This document shows, one piece after another, positions 38,777-51,789 of a stretch of DNA of 64,000 nucleotides. Within the stretch, counting starts at the first letter, position 1. Each line of letters starts with the position of its first letter. The notes under the pieces were generated by a model that searched no databases, was not told the DNA's origin, and was given only the letters and a program-made list of their open reading frames with translations. The DNA comes from Hydrolagus colliei (Eukaryota), in contig CM068746.1 in the NCBI GenBank assembly GCA_035084275.1, positions 31,186,001 through 31,250,000 of the forward strand, in the 5' to 3' direction. A program made the translations under genes and the position numbers.

Positions 38777-39524
38777 GTATCTGTGCATCACTACAATCAA
38801 TAGCGTACTTACAATTCGCATAAACAAAGCATACACTTATTTTCCATGTTGGGAGATCAAATGCTTCTTCCTTCGCAGTTACTGTCCATCTAATGAACCG
38901 ATAAATTAGATAAAGCGAGGATAAAACTCCAATCTCATGCCACACAGAGTCACAATAACAGTCTCACAAATCAGGGTCTCAATACCAGTCTTACACAACA
39001 CAAGATTTCAATAGTACTTTGATACTACATAGATGCCTGGGTGGATCAGGGATTTTTTTTTGGTGGGGGTGGCTCGGAGACAAATACTTGAATGAGTGGT
39101 ACACACCTGTCCAGATGTTGGAGTTGCAAATCCTTTGAGATTTTGGTAAAGAGATTGGATAAAATATCCAACTGCCATTGCAATCGTTTTGCTCCACAGG
39201 AAACTATGGAGATGTTACTGATTAGTGTTGGATTGTGGGACAGAGACACGGAGGAACAGTACAAATGCTGAAAATCTGAAACACAGGGTGATTCAGAAGT
39301 AACCCTTTGCCAGACATGGACCAGTCAAGCAGGGGAAGCCCCCTTATAGGATTGAAGAGAAAGTCATACCAGACCAAGCAACCGTTATAAAACTGAAAAA
39401 CTATTAACTACATACGCAAAGGAGTTTAGCATATTGCTGGAAAGAGGGTTGAAGGGTTGTACATGACACCAGGGTAAATCATAATGTTAATCTTTACATT
39501 TGATGTGGCTCTTTATCATTTCAA

Positions 39525-39752
39525 GAGAAACTCCCTTCTCTTTTCAAACAGTGCCATGGGATCTTTAACATCCACCTGTACAAGCAGACTGGACCTCAGT
39601 TTAACGTCTCACCCAAAGGCACCTCTGACAATGCAACAACCCCCCAGCATTGCATCGGTGTGTCATCTTAGACTTGTGATTCCAAATTCCAACATGGGGC
39701 TCGCACCCTCAAATCTTCTGACTCAGAGGCGAAAATGCAACTACTGAGCCAG
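39525..39752 (-). mobile_element. Deu-domain SINE relic with tRNA-like head
   Basis: aactcccttctcttttcaaacagtgccatgggatctttaacatccacctg...cttctgactcagaggcgaaaatgcaactactgagcca. Confidence 0.75.
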
Positions 39753-41049
39753 ACATGTTAACTCTGAATTTTCATTAGAAGTTATTTTTTATCCGAATTA
39801 TTTTCTCAAAAAAACCCGAATGAACTCCAAAAGAGCTCTGTTTGGTTGCTGGATGCTAATAACCTCTGTCATGGATCTGCTGAGCAAAATGCGGAATGTG
39901 ATTAGCACTACTGATTTGGCAAGCAGGAATTCTGCTTGTGCAATATTGGCTTGGCTATTCAGTTTATAAGCCAATCTAAGCAATGGTTAGAGAGTTTAAC
40001 TTCCAGAAGTGCAAGGTGAATGATGAACTGCCTCTGATTGCTGTCCCACGGCAGGAGAATGGATCCATGACTGGGAAAAAAATATCTTCACATTTTTTAA
40101 ACTTTTGGGAGGTTGCTATCTGTTAAAGCAGAAGTGATCTGCGACATAATTTGGTAATTATAATTTGCTGAAATCCAGATGTTTGTTTAAACTTTTTTGT
40201 TGCTGTGTCAGCTAAGTGCACATAAGTTTGAACATTCCCACCTAGCATTTAAAGAGCTAAAAATACAATTTTTACACACCCATTATAGGCCTGTCATGTA
40301 TAATTTTACAGTGGGCACTTGACTATTGTATTTATTTGGGGTGGGATTTATTTAGTTTGGATGGGGAAGCAGCATGTGTAGCTGTTGGGTCGTAAAACAA
40401 TCAAGAAAAATGTATTCAAAAGAAAAAGAGAGAAAGGAAACATTGCAGCCTGCTTATTATTTTACCAATTTCTGTTATAATCAGTGTATAATCCCATCCT
40501 TTAAACCTCCAAGCTTTCTCGCATTCAGATCAGTTTGCTTCACCCAATGTTGGGTCATTATTAATATACGGTTGGGTATAACCATTGACTTGACAGTGGT
40601 CACGACCTACTGTTGCAGATGCCTTGGATTGAAAAACAAATTTAAAAATTATAAACAGTTTGAATACAAGTGACCAGAACCCTCACATTTTCTGAGTAAA
40701 TGCCAAATTCCACTGTCAACAGGAGCAGCAAAACAATAGCATTCTGAAAACTGGATCAGAAATTCAAACTGACACTGGGAGAAGGAAAATCAAACATTAT
40801 AAACTACATATGTAAAAGGAGTGGGAAGTGGCTCACTCTGACTCATGACTGTAAAGAAGGGCATTGTCTCTGTGGTGGATTAGAAGACATCAGATTAATT
40901 AATGCACTTGATTCATGCCCAGGTCAACTGTCTGTGCCCCAGTATAACCTATTGAACTGTCCACTGACACGTACTGGTTACCTCACACATCTGAAAATTA
41001 ACAGAGCAATCCAGACTCCAACATAAATATAAGGCACAAAATGGAGAAG

Positions 41050-41660
41050 GAACAACTTGCATTTATATAGCGCTCTTCACATTCTGAGCGCTTAACAGTT
41101 GCAGAACCCAATGTGAGCCGGGGGGGAAGTGACCATGGTTGAAGGAGAAGGTCTGCATGTGTGACCTGAAAATAGGGAGAGGGCAAGGCGAAGGGGTTGA
41201 GGGAGTGAGTTCCACAGGTTCTGGGAGAATGGATGAAAGCATAGCCATCAGTAGTGGGGCGGAGGAGGCCACAGCCAGTCGAGGTGGTGATGTAGAGAGA
41301 GAGTAGGTTGGAGAGTTAGGGGGATGTCATGGCGTCAAGGATTTAAAACAAGAATGAAGATCTTTAAATTGCTCACTCTGTGACAGGGAGCCAATGGAGT
41401 TTAATAAGATCTGCGATAATGGAGGTACGGAGTTTAGTGCGGGTAAGAATGTAGACAGCAGAGTTTTTAATTTGTTGAATTTTGTGAATAGTGGAGCAGG
41501 GGAGGCCAGTGAGGAAGGTATTTGTGTAGTCGATGCTGGAGGTGATGAAGGCGTGGATAAAGATTACTGCAGCTTTTGGGGTGAAGTGTAGTCGGAGGCA
41601 GATGCTGTGGCAGAAGTGGAGGAAAGCAGTCCTGGCCAGCGGTGTGGTACAGAGGTTAGC
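41050..41660 (-). mobile_element. L2 LINE 3' relic
   Basis: ORF 41373-41678 reads FIHAFITSSIDYTNTFLTGLP...IQQIKNSA...LHWLPV (L2 ORF2 C-terminal signature). Tail gcgctatataaatgcaagttgtt. Confidence 0.88.
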
Positions 41661-41773
41661 TGCGCTAAGAAAAATCATTAATTTTGAGGTGGCCCCAGAT
41701 TGTTAAAATTTGCATTCTATTAGTAGTTTTAATATCTTGAACAATATTTATTATCATTATTTTATTCCAACAG

Positions 41774-42253
41774 ATCCTGGATGAAAGAATGAAGCTGGAA
41801 TGCAAATGCCATGGTGTTTCTGGTTCATGTACGACCAAGACGTGTTGGACAACGCTTCCCAAGTTCAGAGAGATTGGGTATGTTTTGAAAGAAAAATACA
41901 ATGAGGCTGTTCACGTGGAGGCAGTGAGAGCATCTCGTCTACGGCAGCCCACGTTTCTCAAAATCAAGAAGCCCAGGACCTATCGAAAACCAATGGACAC
42001 AGATTTAGTTTATATCGAACGATCACCAAACTACTGTGAAGAGGACAGCTCGACAGGGAGCGTGGGGACACAGGGGCGGTTGTGTAACCGCACTTCGCAG
42101 TATGGAGATGGCTGTGACCTGATGTGCTGCGGCCGGGGCTACAACACCCACCAGTACACCAAAGTCTGGCAGTGCAACTGCAAGTTTCATTGGTGCTGCT
42201 TCGTCAAGTGCAATACCTGCAGCGAGAGGACGGAAGTGTTCACCTGCAAATGA
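41774..42253 (+). CDS. WNT7B: Wnt7b exon 4 coding part (terminal exon)
   Basis: Acceptor ccaacag|. Encodes [25 protein letters not shown] (Wnt signature with the lipidated Ser)...[19 protein letters not shown], stop TGA at 42251-42253. Exons total 71+227+272+480 = 1050 nt = 349 aa plus stop. Confidence 0.98.
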   Translation: MLDERMKLECKCHGVSGSCTTKTCWTTLPKFREIGYVLKEKYNEAVHVEAVRASRLRQPTFLKIKKPRTYRKPMDTDLVYIERSPNYCEEDSSTGSVGTQGRLCNRTSQYGDGCDLMCCGRGYNTHQYTKVWQCNCKFHWCCFVKCNTCSERTEVFTCK

Positions 42254-42317
42254 GGAAGTGACCGACACAGAGAGAAACACTTCATCCTAGAGAATGAGGG
42301 ACAGACAAAGAGAGAGT

Positions 42318-42348
<31 letters not shown>

Positions 42349-44740
42349 GTATACAGACAGACCGAGAGGAAACAAGCAAGAAGAAAACGAAAAATAAGTG
42401 GAATTTGAAAACATCTCAGCACAGCATCATTTTGCACATCACCTTTTTTTTTCACAAGAATAACATAAAATGACCCTTTGCTTGAGAGGATGTTGCATCT
42501 TGATTGGCTGATGCTTCCACCTTGCATTCATCTCAAAACTGGAGTCAGATGCAATTGGATACAAGCAGTGCCACTTGAACCCTGCAGTGATTTCCATGGA
42601 CTCTGGGAGCTGCAGTCTATTTTTCCGGCTAGTCTGACATCTGTGGTATAAGTTGGAAGTGACCATTCTACAACTCCCAGTATGCCACGCACTGTACCAT
42701 CTCTCTTCCCCCACGCCTCCCACCCCTCCCCCCTCCCGCCATATTGTTCATAAGAAATTCTATGTAACCTGTACCATCAGATCACAGGAATAAGTGGACA
42801 ATACTTTGAAAGCGCACACAAAAACAAAATTGTGTGAAGAATTTGCAGTGAATTGTGGGGCACAAGGAGAATGCTCACTCTGTGAAGGAGGAAACAAAGC
42901 AAAGCCTTGCTTGGTGCTAATATACTGTATAGACTGGAAATGACTGAGATGCACCATCCCAAACGTCCCGCCAACAATGTGCTGAGGTTCAGAATGAAGT
43001 GGCAGGACAGGGAGATCAGTTGCCTCCTTTTCTTTCAAAACGATTCAATGCGTCTCTTGTCCAGTCTCACTGGAACCGTTCAAGACACCAAGAAAAAAAA
43101 TGTTTATTTATGTTATAGAATCGAAAAGAGAAACTAAGCACTAACGGGTAGAAATCTTGTAATGATTTTTTTAAAGAAAATGTAAACATGTTAGATTCTT
43201 TTATGATTTATAACACATTTATTTGGATATTCCCCGAATATTTCTCTGATACTAATCTGCCTTTACACCAATAGTTTAACAGGGAGCGTGGCTAGAATCC
43301 TAGAGGGATGCATGGACAGTTTAAGTTTAATATTTACATCAAGATATTCATAGATTCAGATAATCTAAAACAATTAATTTATTTTGAAAAGAAAATTGTT
43401 GAATGCTGGGACAAAGGGACATTATATGCTACTGGTATGGCTGACCGTAAATATTGCAGAGAAAATAGAAAATTTTTACCCATAGGGAAAACGTTGTCCA
43501 AGGCGATATCGTGATATCAGATTCTAAAAGCATGGTTTTCTGATTCTTGGTTTTTTCCAATCACAATGTCACAATCTGCAGAATGAGGACATCTCAGAAA
43601 AATCCGGGCTGAAATTGTGCTCTCCTGGAAGTATTACAATTTCACTATTTACTGCCACAGTTTGTCTTTTGGTTGGTCTATTTGTAACATTAGCCGCTGC
43701 TTGTTACGTAGAATGAAATGCAATAGCGTTTCAAGACTGCTTTCTCACCATATCAAATTTGTACGATGTGCAGTTTGAGCAGTTGGAGATTTTACAGGTA
43801 ATGTTGAGATCCATCACAAAAAGTAGACCGTTTACAGGCTGGCAACATGAGCCAAATGAACCTGAAGGTTGAAGGCTTTTTTAATCCAACTTTTAAAGCA
43901 CACATGCTTTTTTCCCTACCTCCCCATTACCCCCTTAAGATGTTTGCTGCTGCATTTCTTCATTCAGGAAGTGAGGACAATCTGAACTGCAAACCTCAAA
44001 GGCCCATTTTCACAATCTATGATTGGCCAATGGAAGGTTTCTGCTTCACTGGAAATGAGACATGTTCTGCCAGCTGTTCCCCCTCCTTCACAGAAAAGAG
44101 ACAGCGCTTAAGTCCCAAGCTGTGATCTCCTCTGAGAAATTCTAAGCTTTCTCCGATCGAAAGCAATTGAATTTGAACAGCAAGTGTAAACCTGGAGCCC
44201 TTTAGAAGTCCATTTTGCAGACGTCTAGGCCACCAGTGATTTGGCAAAGAAAGAGATATGAGATTTTCAGAGTGCTGCAGCCTGTAATTCCTCCCCTGCT
44301 GATCCAAGTGCCTGACAAATTACATGTGTTTTCTGCCCAAGGATTTAGCCACCAAAACGATTTTCAAACCTTTCTTGGATCTCTTAAATTATTCCTTCCT
44401 GCCCCTTTTGATACCATTGCTGCTGTCTCATTAATGTTCTGGCCTGGTTTTGTAGTTCACTCTATAATTGCCACCAAAGTCATTCTATGACAACTGACAG
44501 TCAGACTTGTCTCACTGCTCACTTACTGGGAACTAATGAAATCTGCCTATTGAGGAAAGCCAGTAAATTCTGATATTCATCCCACTATTATAGTGTCAAC
44601 ATTCAAACGTGAGCCACGAAAGCCACCAGGCTGGTCCTTTTCATCTCCTATCCTTTTAATTAATTGACCAACAATCCACCAAAATGGCTTTTGTAGGTTT
44701 CTTTAACTTAAAATAAAGGAAGTGTTCAACACCAACACCA
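42254..44740 (+). other. Putative Wnt7b 3' UTR (minimum estimate)
   Basis: Follows the stop codon and has an AU-rich block at ~43100-43230. The first canonical AATAAA I found is at 44712-44717. The true end cannot be determined from sequence. Confidence 0.45.
42318..42361 (+). repeat. (GACA)n microsatellite at the start of the 3' UTR
   Basis: Directly visible ~65 nt after the stop codon. Confidence 0.9.
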
Positions 44741-45184
44741 ACAATGCACATGTTGGGAACGATGACACCAAGCCAAGAGTCAGTGCCAAACGGGCTGCTG
44801 CAAAACAGTGACATTCAAAGGAACACACAAGGTACCGCCATGGCTGGCAGTATAGACTGCTGGCGTCCCAATCGAGCAGATGGTAAACTTCATCAACTTC
44901 CAGTGAGGATATTGAAACTGGGCTGTGTGCCCTCACACGATTGAGCCTGTCATGTCCATGGCACAGTAAAAACTGCTGAAACTTTACACATTGTGCTTGG
45001 AAAAAATCCTCAACCATTAATCTTGAACAGACTAACTTTGGTATTCACAAATTTCAACTTCCAGTTACATTAAATAAGTATTTGTGGTCAATTGCTAATG
45101 TTACAAAAACCTTTGGTCCTGGCGATTGTGTCCTGACTGACATACTATTTTCAAGCGTAATTTGAACGAACTTGAATCATTCAC

Positions 45185-45545
45185 TTCCTTGGTAAATGTG
45201 CCATGTGGAGTAGTTCTGTGCTGAACAAGAAACTCACAGATTCAATCCTTCCTCCCTGCTGAGTTACCTGATCTCAGTTGGAGCTGCCATGAGACTATAA
45301 CAGTTTACCTTAGTGTCTCTGAGCTAGGAAGGCAAAAAAATAAATCAGCCAGCATTCCTACTATTTATCACCATCCAGTGACCCCTGCTGGAAAGTGCAC
45401 ACGTGTGGTTGGCGAGACAGGGTAGGATCAAATTTAGCTGGGATACTTTCCATGGTCAAATTGACAATGACCACTTACTTCCAGACCCACATATGAAGAA
45501 TGTATGCTTGGATAAAGTCCTGAACACCCATAGAACTGTACCCAG
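45185..45545 (+). mobile_element. Ancient vertebrate SINE (family B; AmnSINE2-like by recollection)
   Basis: tgctgagttacctgatctcag...aaatcagccag...atccagtgacccctgctggaaagtgc...cacatatgaagaatg...gaactgtaccc. A second partial copy is at 28955. The family name is uncertain. Confidence 0.6.
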
Positions 45546-48500
45546 AGAGAGGTATTATTTTTTAAGGGAGGCCCTTTCAGAAATCCATTTCCTAACTTCC
45601 TGGCCAGCAAGCAGTGAACTAGTTAAGAAATACCAGATTTTTTAAGGGTGCTGCGGTCAAAAGAAGTGAATGTACACCAGTAATTTCTCCAATGTTGGTC
45701 CAGTTCCTACATCAGCACAAGAGAGGAAAGATAACGGGACGGAATTGGGAGGAGGGGGTGCGAGTGAAATAACAAAACAGCTCAACCCTCTGTATCGTGG
45801 ACACAGAACTGATTTTGTGGATTTTAGGCTCTTAAGTAGGTTCTTTTTTAGAACTGTGGAAAACCAGGTTCCAAATTAAGACTAATTGTAAGAATTGTTC
45901 ACAATTTTGCGCATTCGTAAATTTTAAGATTAATGGTATTACACACTAAAAGTACGTAGTTACAACAACAACAATAACAACAAAATTACGTTTATAGAGC
46001 GCCTTTCACGTCAGGAGGACGTCCCAAGGCAGTGTGTGTAGCTGTGACAGTAGTAGTTAAAAACCACACACACATAGGTGGACAAGAGTCACTGTTTTAC
46101 TACGATTCGCTGTATTCATGTGTTTGACGGTGGGGAGGTTTACCTTGTCTGTTATCTACTGTGTGGCATTTATTACCCGGAGCAAATTTAATAGAACTGA
46201 ACACAGGTACTAGTTATTAATGAGGCGAAAGCAATCCATGATGGGAAATATGTCAGAAGCACCTGTTCCATACCAAACTGAATTGCATGAATGAGAGCAC
46301 AGAGAATAAACCTTCAAAAAAGTAGGAAGCACCCCATTCTCAGGTTGAGGGGGAAGTGAGTGTTGTGTTCTGCACCCAAATGCCACTCGTGGCACTCTAT
46401 ATTCAGATGTAAGCAGACAAGATTTTACCTATAGAGATTTATGGGCAATAAATACAAGGCACTGAATTCTGGGCAACCCTGTACAACCCCAGATTCCTGG
46501 CAGACTCTGAAGTGCTGAGGCACAGTGCACCCAATAACAAAATGTTACCTTACAAAGTTGTGAGCATTGAAAGAAACTGGATCTGACTTATTTTGTTTCA
46601 AATGATAACTACAATTGCAAATTGTATAATTGCAATTTCTTATTCAAATTAAAAAGTTTTCTAGATTTTTTAAAAAAAATACAAAAGCAGATTAAAGCAT
46701 GAGTCAGTGAAAATGCTGGGTACTGCTTTCAGCTCATGCAAAGCCCTGAATGACAAGCACACATACATGAACTCTGGCTGTGGAACTGTGCAGACCTCTC
46801 AGCATTTACTGGGTGTGATTTGCATTTCAGGGTAGTGTACTTAACCTTTCAGACCTTCTGTAAGCCCTGGGACTTAATGCTTTCAGTGAGTTGGGATCCA
46901 CTGAGTCACAGTAAAATTTTCTTTTCAATATTTAGCAGGGAGAAGCAGAAGGGAAATTAGCAAAACTAATATCAGGTTCTAAATTTCACACAAGTATCAG
47001 AGGAACTACGGTAGAGAACAGTGGGAGCTATCTAAAGTTGTTTAATATTCATGATAGCACCAAGGGCAGTGTGGTTGAGTTATGGGATAAAATTTCCCAC
47101 ACCATGGATTGTCTGACTTGATTATAATGTTGTTGTGGTGGGGGGGGGAGGACGGGGTTGCGGGTGGGAGGTAAGGGGCTCTCAGTGGAGGCCAGACTCT
47201 TTCCTTTGTGTAGGTGGACAATGTTAGGGCAGGTTACCGGCCTGGTACAGGGCAGCATTGGCAGAGTCCTGGAAGCAGGCTGCTCGCCAGTCTACCCTTT
47301 CACTCTGTGGATCTACGTGTGATCCAGGGGGAGTCTGGAAAAAGAAGAGGAAAAGAAAAGAATATTCCTTAACAAAAATAAAAACAAGATTTTTTATGAC
47401 CCATGCATTCTGCTTCAAGTCAGCTGATTATTTCGATTGATTGAAATGATGCAACGATGAGGGGGTGGTGGTGGGGGGAAGAGGGCAGCGGGTTTGACTG
47501 ATCTTTATAGCCTCACAAAAGGCTCGACTGTCAATGAAACCCCAACTACAACCTTTGCTTCTGGACAAACTTAGAAACTGACTTCACTGATCACCAACTT
47601 CTGTAGTCTGTGTAATGGAAGCTTCCATTCCTTTAGAGTTTTTGGCAATGATTCAGTCTCATGATTGTACATTCAGGGCTGTTTTTGTTTGGTCATTTTG
47701 AAATGCATTTTACATATAGACCAACCAACAGATACTGCAGCCGTGTGCTAACTGATTGACAGAAGCTCATCCCAAAGGCAGCAGTCTCCCTAGCATGTAA
47801 AAGTTCCTCATCACTCTTGAGCAGTGCATGATCCCTTCATTTAGAAACCGAACTAAGTATATATTTTCAAAGAGAATATTTTTCTATTTGATATTTTTAT
47901 TTATACTTGCAAATAACCACGTACCTCTTTGTAACTTTTTTTTTAAAAAAACAGAAAATTGTTATTCTCATTTTTGCAGGAAACATTAATTTTTGAAAAT
48001 GAAGGCATATTGTGTGGTGCTTCAGCAATGAACGACAGACTGCGCGGCTGCATTCAAATGGTTTATGCTTTCACTACTTTTCCTGAATCTGAAAGGCATA
48101 ACAGGGAACTATCAGAGCAGAAGTAAGACGTGTTTTGTTAGTTGTCTGAAGCCCAGAGGACCGGAACCGGATAACCCCTGATATTATACCCTGGATTGAC
48201 AGAAAATAAATCCGTTTCTTTCTGACAAACATTTCACCATTAAAAAAAAATGAGATACAAAAACAGGCTTTGCTGTGGGTACTTTGCTGTAAGGCTGGTA
48301 TTGTGGAAGTGTCAGAATCATTAGCTCATTGGCATATATTCTGCAAGCTAATGTTTCTGGTCTAATTCATCACGGGGACGATGCGTCTGCTGCTAAACTA
48401 AAACCCAGACAGAGAGAGAAAAAAACCCTCTTAAAGTGACAGGACTGGCAAATGCACCCCCCACCACCCCCACCCATCCTATGTTCATCCTCCTAAATGA

Positions 48501-49839
48501 CTCTAACCCTCCACATCTGTTTTTGAGTCTGCCCCGAGGCCAATAACGCAAGTATCTAAAGTATCTTCTTGCCCAAACAAGTGCTCAAAGATGAGCAATA
48601 ACCTAGAGCAGAAAGACAAGGGAAGATGAATCTGCTTAATTCCATGTTATGTTGAGCAAAATTGGAGTTTGCTTGGTTGTGACATACATAGATTATTTAA
48701 AAAAAACAGGAGTGCCTGATCTGAATAGCTTTCTACTTTACCATTTATATTTGGAGTAGCTTGGCCCTTGTCACTGTTTACTGTAAGTTGCTGTTGTCCA
48801 TCTCTAGTTCAGTATCACCATCTTCTTTTGAAAACTAGTTTTGTTATCATGTGAAGTAAAAGTTCACTGGAGTGGCAGAACAGTGTAGATTGGATGCCAG
48901 TGTAGGTTTATAATGGAATATTTCATGTTAGGTTCAGAGGTATTTTATTTAGGTTGAATAAAGTGAATAGGATGCTAGTCCCCACAAAAGGAGGAGGTTT
49001 TCCAGTAATTAACAAAACACATCCACGAGGCAGAATTTTGACCTCAATTTTGTGAGAACAAAGGTGGAACTTTCAGCAAGGGTTCTTGCTCTTAGTTGCC
49101 ATCAAATGATCTCTGCAAGAAAGTGTATATGTGTAGATGTAAGTTGAGGGCAGGAGTAGTTTTGGCTGTGATACCTCTCGAGGTCAGATTACCTGCCAAC
49201 CGTCACACGTTCTGAACACAAATAAGAAAAGCCAGCCAGCCTCAGTATACAAGGACTATCAAGGCTCTGTCCAGCTCCTCTGCAACAGGAGCTGTGTCTT
49301 TTGAAAGAGAGCAATGATTTAAAGCCTTGAAGAGTTAAAACCAAGGTTCATTTGAATTGAGGTGCCCATAAATACTTGAAGAGATTTAAAGAAAAAAATT
49401 CAAATATTTCACTCACCTCTCCCCCGCCCTACCCCAAAATAGTTCTGTGACTAACAGACTGGGTTTCTCAGATACTGTATTTGAATTTTTTTGTGGGAGA
49501 TGAAGATCTCACATGAACAGCCCAACAGATCAAATTACAAATTCCACCAGCATTAAACAGGCAATGTTACTTTATCTCAGTCACGAAGCCAGGAGGCAGC
49601 TTCACAGACCTGCAGGTCGGATTAACTGGGATTGCATTCAATATTATGGCACACCAGATTTAATAGTGAAACTGTCAGAGCCCACATCAGACTTTAATCA
49701 CAGCAATTCAAGGGTAGAATCACTAAAATAATGACATAAGTTTCATTTAATTTTTAACACCTAAGAGTAACTCAGTTATATTTTTAAAATTATCTTTAGG
49801 CCATGAGATGCCAGGACATTTTGTCTGTAAAGCAATATA

Positions 49840-50000
49840 ATGATAATATTCCTTGCTTTTGATGTAGCGCTTTTCATGTCTTCTAGACGTCTCAAAGCGC
49901 TTCATGAAATGTACTGTAAAGTGAATTGATCCATATTTGTGGGTGAAGCGTGGCAGTCAACAGCAGTGTCTCACAAACAGTCGTGGATTGAGTGACTAAA
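49840..50000 (-). mobile_element. SINE family A 3' half
   Basis: tccttgcttttgatgtagcgcttttcatgtc...cacaaacagtcgtggattgagtgac. Confidence 0.85.
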
Positions 50001-51039
50001 TCAAAAGAGCAATCCTTAAAACAGTTTGTCAACAGACCCTATCCCAAACATGTTGAGGTACATTCAAGAGTGGGACGCCTATTGTGAATATGTACAAATG
50101 AGATTTCTTACCATTCTATGATCTTTTCTGGTGCATTGTAATGGCAGACAGGAGCCCCTTGGTGTTAAAATGCACCATGTAACCTGACAAGAAAGGATCC
50201 TCGAATCAAACTGGAACGTTCAGAAGAATACTTCAGAGTCAAGATTCATTTTATAAAAAGATAAAATACAGTGGATTGTGTTCACCATTAAAGATATAAA
50301 AACTAAAGGAGGATTGGATTAGTTGACAAGGTATTTTCAGCTTTTCCATCACTATTACTTTTAATGCCCTTTCACTTCTGACACACTGTCTTCACAAAAC
50401 TTCAGTTAACATCAGACAAAATAACTAAAAAAGCAGTAGACTGCAAAGAGCAGCATCAAGAGTGAGTTTGAGGCAGTGATTAAGCTTCAGCTTCATACTG
50501 GCACTTATAGATTTGATGATGCTTTTCTCCTCATTTTTAATGTCCGGTCTATTTTAACTGACCTTTATGTCACAAAACAGCCCCATTCAGCCACTTGGCT
50601 CTCCTTCTCCATCTTCAGATCGCACCAGAAGAACTTTCTTTACATCTGCGCCTATTACCACCTCCCCTTTTGTTCATAGGGTCAGCATCAAGCTCTGCCA
50701 TTCTTGAGGGTTCTGAAACGCTACCCAGTGTGAATGGCACTATATTAATGCAAATTGTTGTCATAACCGTTGTTCTTCAATTCCTAAACTGTTTTGCTGT
50801 CAATACCTCAATATGAACACACACTTAGGAGAAAAAAACAACCATGGAATTATGGTTAAGTAGTAAAATAAACATAGTTAGGTGTATCCCAGATACTGAC
50901 CCAGTTTGTGGCATGAGTCAGGTTGCGTTCATACCTCATACCGGTTTTTGACGTGACTTTGAAACATGTAAGAAACAGCAGGAGAACTAAAACCCTGTTG
51001 CTATAGCAGAGGTACAAAATGCCTGATAATAACAATTAA

Positions 51040-51260
51040 TAATAAGAAGAATCCATGTATTTTAGATAGTGCCTTATCTCATCTTCGAGATGCTTCTAAA
51101 AGCGCTTCACAAAACATACTGTAAAGTGAACTGAATGTAGATTTTGTGGGCGAAATGCAACAAACAATTGAGCACAGCAGTGTCCCACAAATAGTCGTGA
51201 AATAAGAGCACCTAAATTATTTATTTATTTTGTAGGGATTATTATGATTATTATTATTAC
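51040..51260 (-). mobile_element. SINE family A 3' half
   Basis: aagcgcttcacaaaacatactgtaaagtgaactg...gcacagcagtgtcccacaaatagtcgtg. Confidence 0.82.
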
Positions 51261-51789
51261 AAGCACATTCCAAAAAATAGATTTGGCTCCTCAAATCCCA
51301 CTCCCTCCAGAAAATACAAAACCTAACTTACAGTGGATTCACCATTTCATCGCTTGGCAGAAAGTTCTGAATGGAAATTCTAGGTTCTCAAAGGCATTCA
51401 AGGAAACAATATTTATCCATCTCCATTATCTATCCGTGACCTGCTTTGCTCCAGCGACACATCCTTCTCTTTTGCTACACCTGAGTAGCACCAAAACATT
51501 TGTTCATTTCAATCTGCACCTACCTTACTATAGTTACCCAAACAAATACTTATCGAGTTCTTTAATCAATGCAGCATATTGGAAATCTGCTGCAACTTTT
51601 CCAACCAAGCTACCAGACTAGCAGGACATAAGCTTTCATTTGATCAGGTAGCACCCAAAATATGTGTCATTATTTCACAAACCACATTATTATGCCACAC
51701 AAGCACAATGAAACCTGAATGTTCTAGAGGTCTCCAAACACAACATAACAATTGCCAAATCCTTAGTTGTTGCAAAAAAGCATTAGGTA

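Noticed and set aside
44744-45017. Faint resemblance to Wnt exon 2/4 peptides (QGTAMAGSIDC; CHVHG)
   Set aside because: Cysteine spacing and the WNC and CHG.SGSC motifs are absent, and I see no nucleotide-level alignment. Likely chance.
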